This document shows, piece after piece, positions 31,901 to 43,018 of a stretch of DNA of 64,000 nucleotides. Position 1 is the stretch's first letter; each line of letters begins with the position of its first letter. The notes beneath the pieces are model-generated. The model did not search any database. It was not told the DNA's origin and worked only from the letters and a program-made list of their open reading frames with translations. This DNA is from Vitrella brassicaformis CCMP3155 (lineage: Eukaryota; Protista; Chromerida), in NCBI GenBank assembly GCA_001179505.1, contig CDMY01000498.1, positions 1-64,000 of the forward strand, read 5' to 3'. A program made the translations under genes and the position numbers.

Positions 31901-33435
31901 CATGGCGCCTTATGGAAGTGTCTCGTCACCAGTGACACCTCCATCTGCGCATTCCTCGATGAAGCCCTCGCCAGCAACACCTCACTTCGACGCAAGTCAG
32001 CGAGCAGTGTCCCCTCTGCGGCAGCGGTCAAGTGCTGAGACACAGAAAGACAGCCCACGACAACCGGCGAGAGCAGCAGGCCCCTTGCCACTCAGCAGAG
32101 CGGTCTTCTCTAGGCGAGACAACACTGCGCAGCCAGGGAGGAAGGACTCTCGTGGCCCGCGCAGGCCGTCGGTGTCGAGGGAGAGGGAGACACGAAGCAC
32201 TTCACGTCCGACGAGTCCCCTACACAAGGCAAGAGCCATTCGTCCTCGCAGCCAATCGGTGGAGCCGCAGCGGACACGAATCAATCAGCCAGCGGCAGGA
32301 CGCAGCCCGGCGAGAGACACACGGGCCTCATCATTCCGTCAAAGCAAGACACTGTCGAGCGACGTGCTGCCCACCCGTCAGCACAAGAATCCGACTGCCC
32401 CTGTCAGTCAGCATCGCGGCCCATCAACCAAACGCCGACGCCCATCAGATGTGAAGAGCGGTCCCCCATCTGCCAAACAGCAGCCAGCCAGGATACAGAA
32501 CAGACAGCGGAGACGCTCGAGTGCGGTGGAGGAGCCAGGGTTCCTCTTTCCGCTGCACACTACTCGGTCGGGTGTGAGCAAGGCGCCTCCCGTGCCAAAC
32601 AACACCCCCAAGAGGATGAGACACGACCAGCATGATCCGGCAGTGAAGATTAACCTGGCTGCTCCTGTGAGGCAGACCTTGCCGATCCCGTCACTGTCTC
32701 CTGCCTACATGAGCAAGATGGTACCGCTGCCCGTAGCTGTGTCGCCACACCCGTCCTATCTGCCAGTGCATCATCAGTATATGAGGCCTCCCGCATGGGG
32801 GCATGGCGCGGCGCTCGCCTCTCTTCGGTAGATGCGCGTGTGTGTGAGGTGTGGTAGCGGGGTGGTTTTGATATCGAAGAGACAGCGTAGTCCCTAGTGT
32901 TAATGGTAGTGGCATGTCTGGACTGGTCGGGTAGCTACAATGTCGCATGTCATCAGAGTCTGGCTCTGGCCAGTCTGCCACCCCAGAGCACCCCAGTCTC
33001 CCACACCATACGTGCGAGGGGCCGCACATCCACAGGCACTCGACCATCATCCCCAGCCCCGTTCCTTGGCTTCACACGCATCTGAGCCCTCTCCCGCCTC
33101 TCTCGACTATGTACAACACTGTCGGCAGACGGCAAGGCCGGCGGTCCCGCGTCGCTTCCTTTCCCTCTGCTGTTGTACCACGAGATCACGGGCCCACGCA
33201 GGATATATGGAAACCTGCAGCAAAGAGACGCAGGGAGGGAGTGGCAAAAGGTGGGTCGATATGGGGAGGGAGCGTGTCAGCTCACTGGCTCAGCACTGCC
33301 TCCACGAATGCAGCCTTCAGCGAGGGGTTGTCACACAGAAACGTGTGGAATATCGGCAGCAGGCGCGTGGCCGACCCAGGCAGCAAATACTACATGTACC
33401 ATGACAGGCAGTCAATCATGTCCATGAGAGTGTAG
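28986..33435 (+). CDS. Large hypothetical protein, mostly low-complexity Pro/Ser/Arg-rich; last exon uncertain
   Basis: Chained long ORFs 28923-29360, 29511-30431, 30433-30834, 30791-31612, 31287-32831 and 32947-33435 with plausible GT-AG junctions. No recognised domain. Confidence 0.5.
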
Positions 33436-36246
33436 TCGATCGCTTTCTCTGCCTTACTCTGCAGAATGCGAGTGCTGTTTTGAGCAGCAGTGCGGCGGGA
33501 TCGTGCCTGCCGGCGAGGTGACTCTCCACCATGCTTCTCTTGGCCAGAGCATCCACCTGATCCAACAGGCAGGTCACTGTCTCGACCTGCATTGACACAT
33601 CTGCAAGACACTCATGGCATAGACATCTAGCTCAATAACAACTCATTGACACTGCACTGCCCTACCATTCCTGTCATGGGCTTCACCAGAGATGGCCGCA
33701 AGAGTAGCTGCCACTGTGCCGGCGAGGTGGGGCATCAATGCAACGCCACTGAGCGCCACACACGCGTAGCTCGACGCCCATGTAGACCTGCAACAGTCAG
33801 ACAGACGCACCATGATCGAATCGATCGTGCCACCCCACCTGTGGCCTTGTCGCAACACAGCACACCATGTGTGTGCTCTGCTCACGTGTTGGGGTCGTGT
33901 TGGTTCGCCGCCATCAGCCTCATGAGCGTGTGGGACTTCTCGCACAGAGACGACAAGCGTGCCCTGACAGCAGGGGGACCAGCAGGCCACTCGCTGAATC
34001 CCTCAGGGTAAGGCTGCTGATCTCGTGGTTGCGACGAAAGCCGTGGGAAGAGGGTGAGTCCCTCCCACACTATGGGCGTCAGAGCAGCCGCCATCTCGGG
34101 ACTCCTCAGCAGCGTCGTCAGCTGTCGTCGCGTACCTTGCCCGTACACACGATCCACAGCAGCACTGGTCAGCAGATCCAGGAGAAACTGAAGACGGAAC
34201 AGACTACTGACGGTGTGGCTCTCTGCCGCATGTACGTCAATGGCCGTCACAGCCTCTCTCAGCATGTTGCTCAAGGCCCTTGCGGTGGTCTCGCTGTCTT
34301 CCAGAAGGGCCGAGAAGATCGTGGAGAGCAGTGCTCTATACTCAAGAGTATCGAGTGTGGGCCTGCAGGCCTTGCGGAATGCCTCCAGCCAGCCTAAGGC
34401 GCTCACGAGATGAAGCAGAGCTGCCGTGCTGCTGGCTGCTGAGGGACCGGCTGTCGAGAGCACCGATTTGGCGACGTCGCTGAGGATGTAGAATAGAAGG
34501 GTTGGCAGGAATCGCAAGGCTTCGTGCCGCATCTGTGTAGGTCTTGACACGTGAGCATCCGACCAATTCTGCCAAAAGCACGGACGTTTGTGTTGGGAGC
34601 TGCAGATGGACAGGGTGGCTCTGTCTGCTGTCTCACCTTTGCCAGATTGTCAAGCGCTTCCGCCCACTTTGGGTCCGACATGGCCGCAGCCGCCAAGAGA
34701 GGCGTGAACCGAGGCAGCGCACCAAAGACACAGCTCTTCCGCCATGTGGCTGATCACCGACACACACACAGTGTAGAGAGAGAGAGGGTGTGACGCCGTG
34801 TCGCTGTTCTTCCGTACCGATGATCGGCAGTCTTTTGTCAACGTCTTGGTCAGTCTCAGGGATGACCTCAGGCGGCATCAAGAGTCGCCGCATCGCCCTA
34901 ATGCCGACAGACCCGACACAATCCACCCTGACCCATCAGACAATGCACAAAGGTGTTCACACAGACCCTGTAACCCCCAAGCAAAGGATGTGTCCTCGTT
35001 CTAATTACAGTCACCTTGGAGTTGCCGCGTGTTTGTCCCTATCAACTTCTACTCCCAGTCTGCTGACCGACACAAAGGCCACCGCCAGCCGCCTCATTGC
35101 CTCCGCACCCATCGCGGTCTCCTCAACCCGAGCCATCTCCTCAATCCAGCGACACGCCGTCGCAACCATCGCTTCCCGACTCTTGCTGAGGGCAGGTGGA
35201 CCACCAACGCGGCCAAACGACACCAGGAGGGTGGTTATCTCATCGACCGCAGTATCCTCAGCGGAACCATCCATCGTCGGCCGCTGCAGTGCTGCCGCCA
35301 GCTCAAAACACAAGTCAGAGCAGGCGCGAGAGGCGGCGTTTCTCTGCTGTGTCTTGTGCCGCGTCTTGTCGTCCAGCTGCTCGAGAAAGGTACAGAGGCC
35401 ATCCAGAGGGCTTCGATGAGAGCGCTGCGGATCGGCTGACGAGTCACTTTCCTTGCCATACGACAGCAGCAATGGCACTGAAGGTTCGCACATCCAAACA
35501 GTGCGGAAGTCCCTCACAACAGCATGGCCGACCGAGACCGCCATCCTCCACATCGCTGCCTCACCCCCCTTATCATGACTGGCCTTCACCGCAGCAGCCA
35601 TGATGCTCGTGATGGCGTCGCAGTGCATGCCGAAGTGGTCGCTGGACGCCAGGAAGCCCGCAGACGTGCCCAGAGATAGCAACCGGTGAGTTACGGGCAG
35701 CACAATGGCGGGGAAGTCAAGCGCCGTGTCCACAATGAGGGACATGAATCGCAGCAGGAAGCGAACTGCTGGCGCATCGTTGCCGAGTGCTGATTGCGTG
35801 GATTGCGCCGCGGCGAGGTCCACCAGATGCGGGAGTGCATGCGTCAGGAAGTCCCGATAGACCGACGCGGCGCCCTTGCGCGATGATCTTGATGTGCCGT
35901 GACGGTCGTTGTCGATGATGCACTTGCTTGCGGCGCCAAGCAGTAACGCACATGAGCCGGGGAAGCATTCCTCGAGCCAATGAAGCTCCGGGTTGCCGAG
36001 AAGCAGCAGCAGGGGCACAACGGCTGTCTTGTCGACATCGCTTTGGCCAGTTGCAGGAGGCGTGAGTGGTGCAGGGGAGGCGACCTGGTCCTTGAGATGG
36101 GTCAGGAGTGTCAACGTTGTGTTCAAGTCGCGGCGGGAAACGCTCAGAAGCAACATCTCTGCCTGCATCGGCAGCCGTGGCGGCTGTTGGAATGACGGCG
36201 GGGAGTCATGGGATGATGTGTGGGGCGGAGGAGGCTCTCGATGCAT
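33416..36246 (-). CDS. Hypothetical alpha-helical (HEAT/ARM-like) protein
   Basis: Leu/Ala-rich amphipathic ORFs 35011-36303 and 33882-34550 plus linking exons. No family recognised. Confidence 0.6.
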
Positions 36247-36416
36247 CTCATACCGACCTGCACAGGTAGACAGATAGACAGATAGACACAGCCACCATAA
36301 CACTCATGGGTCAGTCAGATGAGTGCGTGTGCTGATCTCTTGCGCTGTACCACTGCTTCTCTCCATCGAGATCTATGCCAAGGCTCCTCTCCCCTCGCAA
36401 ACTCAAGCCCGCCTCG

Positions 36417-36425
36417 CAGCTCGCA
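36417..36425 (-). promoter_or_regulatory. Motif variant TGCGAGCTG (HEAT-like/phosphatase divergent spacer)
   Basis: CAGCTCGCA, with two more CTCGCA cores at 36394 and 36413. Confidence 0.4.
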
Positions 36426-36478
36426 TTCGGACGAGGCGTCACCGAATTCATTGAATTTAAGAGATCCCGACGTCCGCC

Positions 36479-38400
36479 ATGCACATCACCTTGCTGCTGC
36501 GGCCCCTGGCTGCGTCGCTACTCGCGGCTGTCGCCCTGCTAGCGGCCGCCCCGTGTGTGTCCGGCGAGGCGGAGCTGAAGCGTGCCATCATGCTGTCGCG
36601 GCACGGCAACCGAGTGCCCAACGAGCCGACCATCGACTTCTGCCCCGCCTACAAGAGCACGCTCGAGAAGTTCTACGGCGCCTCCGGGCAGCTGACGGGG
36701 GTGGGGATGAGCGAGATGTACCAGCTGGGTGCCTGGGCGCGGCACCGGTACGTCTACGAGAAGGGCTTCCTGCCGCAGCACTACTCGGACGACAACACGC
36801 TGTTCTTCCAGAGTGAGCTGGAGGACCGCAACATTATGAGCACCGTGGCCTTCGGCAACGGCCTCTTCCCTGACGGCACCGGGCCAAGGGGATACCTCGG
36901 CAGACGGTACGCATCCATGCCATGCAAGACACACACACAGCACATGCACATCACATGTGGATGGGATGGGATGGATGTGTTGCATGCCATGCGATGCAGG
37001 CCTCAGGTGCTGCCGATCCAGAGCGTGACGCCCGGCTACGACGACCTGTTCAACTCGCCTCGTGACGGCATGTGCATCGGTCGCTCGAGCAAGGACAAGA
37101 AAGAGATCGCCAAGCATCTCGAGGCCACCCTCACGGACGAGCAGCGGTCCATCCTGCGAAAGGTGGGCGAGGCGTGCAGCTACAACGTCCTCAACGTCGA
37201 CAAGATGACCCACGGCGCCTTCACTCTCCCCGACTGGGTCAAGATCATCGACGACTCTTTCCTCTTCGCCGAGACAGAGTCCTTTGACATGTCGCTCGAC
37301 GGCAACCTCCTCCCAAAGGACCTCAAGGCCTTCCATGACTTCGCATTCGACTGGATGATGTACGCCTTCTTCGGCACCGAGGAACAGGTCACCTACTGGG
37401 CGGGCCGCTTCCCCGCCAAACTCATGGAGCTCTTCGAGAGCACCCCGGGGTACAAGACAGCTTCAGAGGAGGGGGCCAAGGAGGGGGAGGGGGGTGGGGG
37501 CGGCCCGCTGGCGGCTGCCGCGGGCAACCCCACCAAGATGTACGTCTTCCTGAACCACCGGGAGCTGCTGTATGCGGTGCTGAAGCTGTTCGACGTGCCG
37601 GTGACTCTGCCGGGGCACATCCCCAGCTACCTCGTGACGGCCAGCACCATCGTGTGGGAGGTCTACCAAGAGGGAGACGAAGAGGTCAGTTCAGTCAGGG
37701 AGAGGGGCAGGCAGGCTAGGAGGGGAGGGGCCCACATCGCATACACACGAAAGAAACACACACACGTAGCGTACGGAATCGAATCGATTCGTGTGTGTGG
37801 TGCTGGTGTGTGTCAGCCGTACGTCAAGACGTTGATATGGTGGCCGACGGACCTGGAGGAGGGCGACCTCGACAAAGACACCAACCCACTCATCAACAGT
37901 AAAGGTAGGTAGGTAGCTTGTGACGTGACCAACCACACACACATTCCATTCCACCACAAGAATGGGCGGTCTCTCATCTCAGGCAACTACATCGAAGTCA
38001 CTCCCACGATCTGCGAGTCGCTCGGGTAACAGAACACACATGCGCACACCACACCCGCCACGGCAGGTCGTCTGTCTGTGTTGATCTAATTGCGTGTTGT
38101 GTGTGCGTTGTGTGTGCTGTGCAGTGGCAAGTGTCCGGTGTCCAAGTACAAGGAGGCGTTCCAGCAGTGGGTGGAGACCACCGGCAGCTACAAACAGCTA
38201 TGCCTCCCATACTACACACCACCCGAGCCGCACGTCGCGGTCAGCATCTACCACACAAACACCCACACACACATGTCATTGATTGCATGTGTCGTGTTGT
38301 GTGCTTGCAGGGTCAGTTGCTGGAGGTGGACAGCGCCGCGGACGTGACCCCCAACCTCCGCGGCTCGGACGCCACCACCATCAACCAGATATTCGCGTAG
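36479..38400 (+). CDS. Secreted histidine acid phosphatase (clade 2) with signal peptide
   Basis: Signal-like MHITLLLRPLAASLLAAVALLAAAPCVSG, RHGNRVP motif, GQLTGVG..MYQLGAW.R.RY, NIMSTVAFGNGLFP, YVFLNHRE. TAG at 38398-38400. Confidence 0.93.
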
Positions 38401-40094
38401 ACACACACACACTCTCACACACACACACTTAGACACACAGATAGACTTGCATAGAGACGAAGGCAGCGCAGGCTGGCTGGCTGGCTGGGTGTGTCTGTAT
38501 ACACATGGATGGTGGGCACTGCCTCAGACAGACTTACTGGCGAGTAGGGGGGGGCGTGGGCGTGCTCATGGTGGTTAATGGATGGAGATGTGTGTTCTTT
38601 CCCCCCTTTGCTGGACATTCTGCTTTCTTTCGCCAGTGCTGGCGATCTGCCTTGGTTCTTTTTGGCTGATGGTTATTTCGGATCTCGCCCTGCTGATTCG
38701 GAATGTCCGTCACCCTCAAGTGTGCAAGGCGATCGCCGGAACGAATCGACCGATGTCGCGAGAGAAATATGCAGCGAGTGCATGCCCCTCCCCCGCCCTC
38801 CCTCCTTGCTGCTAGGATCGGTAGGTAGGTAGCTAGGCCTGATGGTGCTATGCCATGTGTATGGTTTGCTCGTCCCGACCCACCCCAACCATCCTCACAA
38901 GTGAGTGAGGCCCACAGTTTTCCCCCGTCCGCGATGCGTCGATCGCTCTGCGGACCGACACCGGTCTGCTTCTTGGCAGAGCGAGTTTTGAATTCGTGTG
39001 GTCTGCCTTTTGATTGCAGCTGCCTAGTGTAGTGTGCTGTGTGTGGTGTGAATGTGCGGCGTGTGGCGTTTGGTTTTTGGGTGCTTGCAATTGCTGGCGG
39101 TCATGTCGCGCGGACGGTCGGTCCACTTTGGAAGTGCTGTGCGGCAACCCAACCTTACCTTGCTTCCTTCCTATCTGTAAGTCCCAACTCTTGAGATGAG
39201 ATGTGTATGTCGATATGGTCTTCCTTGCTGCCGAGTGCATGACATGCATACAGTTTTTGTGTGCATGCTATGCCCTTTTGCCTGGCGTGGCGTGGCTGTC
39301 CGTCTGTCTGTATAGGGTGGGTGGCCCGGGGGGGTATACATACATTTGTATTATGTATGTCTACGTGGATGTGTGTGTGGGGGACCGATTGGATTGATGA
39401 CTAGCGCATATATATGCTGCCATGCCATCCGTCGAGTCGATGAACGTAGATATCTTGCACGTGACAGATCGACACCCAGATGCTTCGATCGAAAGGATGT
39501 TGATCAGACAGAATTGATATCCCCATCCATCCATCAATCCATGCGATCACGAAGAGGTCTTTGTTTGATTATCACGAGTCCACACACACAGGAGCGTCCT
39601 GTCGGCGGGGCAAACATCGGATCGATCAGCTTGACGTGACCGGCATCAAGTTGACTCGCAGTCAAGAGACGGCATCCTCTTGTTTGTGAGTCAAGTCGAT
39701 GTCCGCGACGACCAAACCGATCACTCATTCGATGCCCTTCACCCCACCCACAACACTGTCTCTCACACACAGTGTCTGAAAGCTCCAGACAGACATACAT
39801 ACGGAAGGATCAGATCACGTCTGCTGGCACTTTCCATCTGCTCCCCTCGCTTCGACTGCACAGTCCGAGACATCCGGTCCGTCTGGAAATGCCACGGGCA
39901 GTGAGGTGGCAGCGAGGGGAGCAGATAAGGACAGCGCACGCACGCCTGATCGGGTCACTTACACAAGTCAGTCAATCGCCACGAACGACGATCAGATCAC
40001 CACACATCACATATATATTCAAACATGCGTCGCATCACGCACCCACCCCACGACACACCGACATTCACAAAACTGGACGGACCCTCACACTCTC

Positions 40095-42115
40095 TCACTG
40101 AATGTGACACCCAGCAGGCAGCATCGGCCTGCTCTCCCTACCCCCGCCCACAACCAGCCTCTCTCCCACATCCCAGTGACCTTCATCCTCGACGTCGATA
40201 CTCGCCACCCCCTCCTGGCTCCCCTGACAGCAGTATGTCCTAGGCGGTTCACACCCAGGCCCGTACACCATCAAGGGGTCGGCCAAAACCGTAGGCGCCC
40301 CGCTGAGTCGGCTAAGAGACACCAGAGGCTGAACGGAAGACGCCACCAGCCGGCATGGCGAGGACGGGCCGAGAGACGGCGACAGGGGCTCCGAAGGCTC
40401 CTCCCCCCGGGACGAGAGGAAGTCCAGATGAGACGCCTGTGTCTCCGTCTCGTTGCCCATCTCTGTCGACACCTCGCTGGGCTGCTCGTCGTCGCACTCG
40501 GGGGTCGAATTGCTCTTGATGCATGTGCCGACCAGCAGCGGAGGCTGTGAGGGAGCAGTGGGAGACGTTGCTGGGCGTGCGCGGGGCGGCGGGAAGGCCG
40601 GGGGCGGTGCCTCGTCCACTAGTGTGGCGTGGGACACGGGGAGTCTGCAGTGAGGGAGGGAGCCAAGCACACGTTAGTTCGAAGCGTGGATGCGACTGTC
40701 TGAGGGTGTGTTGTGGTGGCTCGGCTCACCCTGCTGTGCGATAGGCGATGACCTTGTCGACAAGTGACCGAAGGCGGCCGAACGACCGACGCTCGTGTTC
40801 GACCAAGAAGCAGGCTGTCAACTCCTGCACACACATCAGTAAGTAGAGCAGGACAGGCACAATCACATGCACAATCGGACCGATCCGTGCCATGGCATGG
40901 ACTCGCTCACCTGCAGTCGTGTTGTGTTGAGTCCATCCTTGGCGGATGTCACCATTGCGCCGCCCCACTTGAGACCCCTCGACACGCACCCCTCGCGCAC
41001 TCCGTCGATGAGAGACCGCCAGGACGACACGCGAGCTGACGGCTGGGCAGGGGGTGGGGCTGGTGACGGCCCCGACGCGTTACCATCATTACTGTCGGAA
41101 GCAGCCATGGCTTGCCTGCAGCCATGCCACAACAAGAATGAACAAGAAAGGGAAGGTGTTCGTTCGTATTGCGTTGCGTGCGTCTTGTCTTCCCTTGCCA
41201 GCCAGCCAGCCAGCCATGTGTCCCCGACTCACTGACTCACCTGTCTTGCTGGTTGAGCAGGTCGGCCTTGCAGCCCACCACGACGACCAGGGGGCTGCCA
41301 GTGGTGGGTGAGAACACACCCTGACCGACATGCCCCGCAACACCCTCAAGCCACCTCTCGCACCGCCTCATGTCCTCCCCACTCAGCCGCGTCACGTCGA
41401 CACACATCATCAGCACGTTGCACCCACGCAGCAAGGCGCTGGGCAATGTCGACATTGAACCACCCTCCGAGCCTGGCGCCCCCCGGCGGCCCCCCACATT
41501 CCAGCCGGAGCTGCCCCACATCTGCAGGTTGATGCGGCCCTCAAACGCCTTGCCGCGAACGCGGACGTGTGAGGCGCCCATGGCAAGGCGGAACAGGGGA
41601 GGCGACGGGGCGGGGGTGGCGGCGGCGGCAGGGGGGTCGCCGTCGATCCACTCACAGTGGACACACCGCCGAATGAGGGCGTTCTTGCCGGCACTTGGTT
41701 CGCCGAGCAGCACAGCCTTGTAGATACGGTCGAAGGGGGGAGAGAGGGAGGGGCTGGGGAGAGCGGGGCCAGTGGCCTCGGACTCGGGGGTGGCCTTGGC
41801 CTTGGCGTGGATGCTCTGATGCCGCAGGAGGGAGTACAGACTCCGCCACGTCAGGAGGTCACACTTGGACGACAGGGTCCGCCTTTGTTGAGGGTTGGCG
41901 AGCAAGTCGAGGATGCCTGTGGAAGACGCGCTGGTGCCCGTCGCATCAGAATCGCTGAGGTGGGACTGCACCAGGCGCTCGAACGAGGCCCTTGTGGCCC
42001 CGCAGGCACAGCGGTCGACACCCGACACTGCCATCAGGTGGGAGGTGGTCCGCGCGTCATCGTCGACCAATCTCTCGAAGCTGAGGATGTTGCACCACGC
42101 ATCAGTGGGTAGCAT
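40095..42115 (-). CDS. F-box-like motif + degenerate Rab/Ras-fold small GTPase + low-complexity tail
   Basis: MLPTDAWCNILSF; G1 YKAVLLGEPSAGKNALIRR; G3 INLQMWGSSG; LLRGCNVLMMCVDVT; G4 VVVGCKADL; G5 VTSAKDGLN in the next in-phase exon. Confidence 0.8.
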
Positions 42116-42480
42116 GCTGACGTACAGGTAGAGCAGTCCAGTAGTCGGGACAAGACGGGTGCAGTGTTGGACGGCTGCAGCACTGACTGAACGGCGCTTC
42201 TGCCGCGGTTGCTCCGGGCGCAGCTGCGGTCACGTGAGGTTGGCGCGTTGATGGAGGAGTAATCTGAAGACTCGTTTGATGCCGTGAGAGGAGAGGAAGC
42301 ACCAGGCGTTGCAGGTGACGAGAGGGGAGCTGCGCACCGATGCGAGAGCCATGGTTGGAGGGAGCGGTGGAAAGCGAAGGGTCGGCTGACAGACAGGGCA
42401 CCAATAGGGTGAGTGAGGCCTCTCCGGAAACGAGAGAGGCAAAAGCAAAAGCGGGCGAGCAAGCGAGCGGTTTCACGGAG

Positions 42481-42489
42481 CGCGAGCTT
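42481..42489 (+). promoter_or_regulatory. Motif variant CGCGAGCTT (F-box-Rab/FHA divergent spacer)
   Basis: One mismatch to the 9-mer. Confidence 0.4.
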
Positions 42490-43018
42490 GAGCTTCGCTG
42501 GAGGTGAGAGAGAAAGCGGGCGTCACTCCCTCCACACAGCTGCAGCTACCACAGACCGATAAGCCCGAGTTGTCGCCCGCCCTGCAGAGATCTGGTCTCC
42601 TCGGGGCCGATCCGGCCGTTAGCAGCTCTGGTTGAGGAGAGAGGGGCGGCCCAGGCGACTCGAGGTGTCATGTCAGTCCTGCGGCCTCTTACTGTCCCTG
42701 CCCCGTCACCTGACCTCGAGACCTCCCCTTACCCCTGCGTCACAGGTGAGAACAGAACGAGGGGGCAGCAGAGGGGAGGGCTCCGAAGCACACACTGAGG
42801 CGAGAAGAAATGAGCGGGAGTCTTGCAGCGGCATCTGGCTGACGCTGGCTGACTCACTGACTGCTGCTTCTGTGTGTGCCATCTGGGCGGTGTGTGTGCG
42901 TCAGATCTGACAGATGCTCAGGGCGAGGGTGTGGGTGTGCCAGAAGCGGTGTCAGAGGACGAGCAGGTATGTATGGCACACACTCACTGTCGATACGACT
43001 GATTTCCAAGATTCAATC

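Noticed and set aside
33416-33435. 20-nt overlap of convergent CDS ends
   Set aside because: Both terminal exons are low-confidence, so the overlap is unsupported.
36907-36999. Stop-free in-frame 93-nt segment in the phosphatase ORF
   Set aside because: An ordinary GT-AG intron with CA and GGAT repeats; being in frame is expected for one third of introns.
38401-40094. Short hydrophobic ORFs (e.g. 38582-38815) in a 1.7-kb spacer
   Set aside because: No codon bias or recognisable motif; strand skew fits convergent 3' UTRs.
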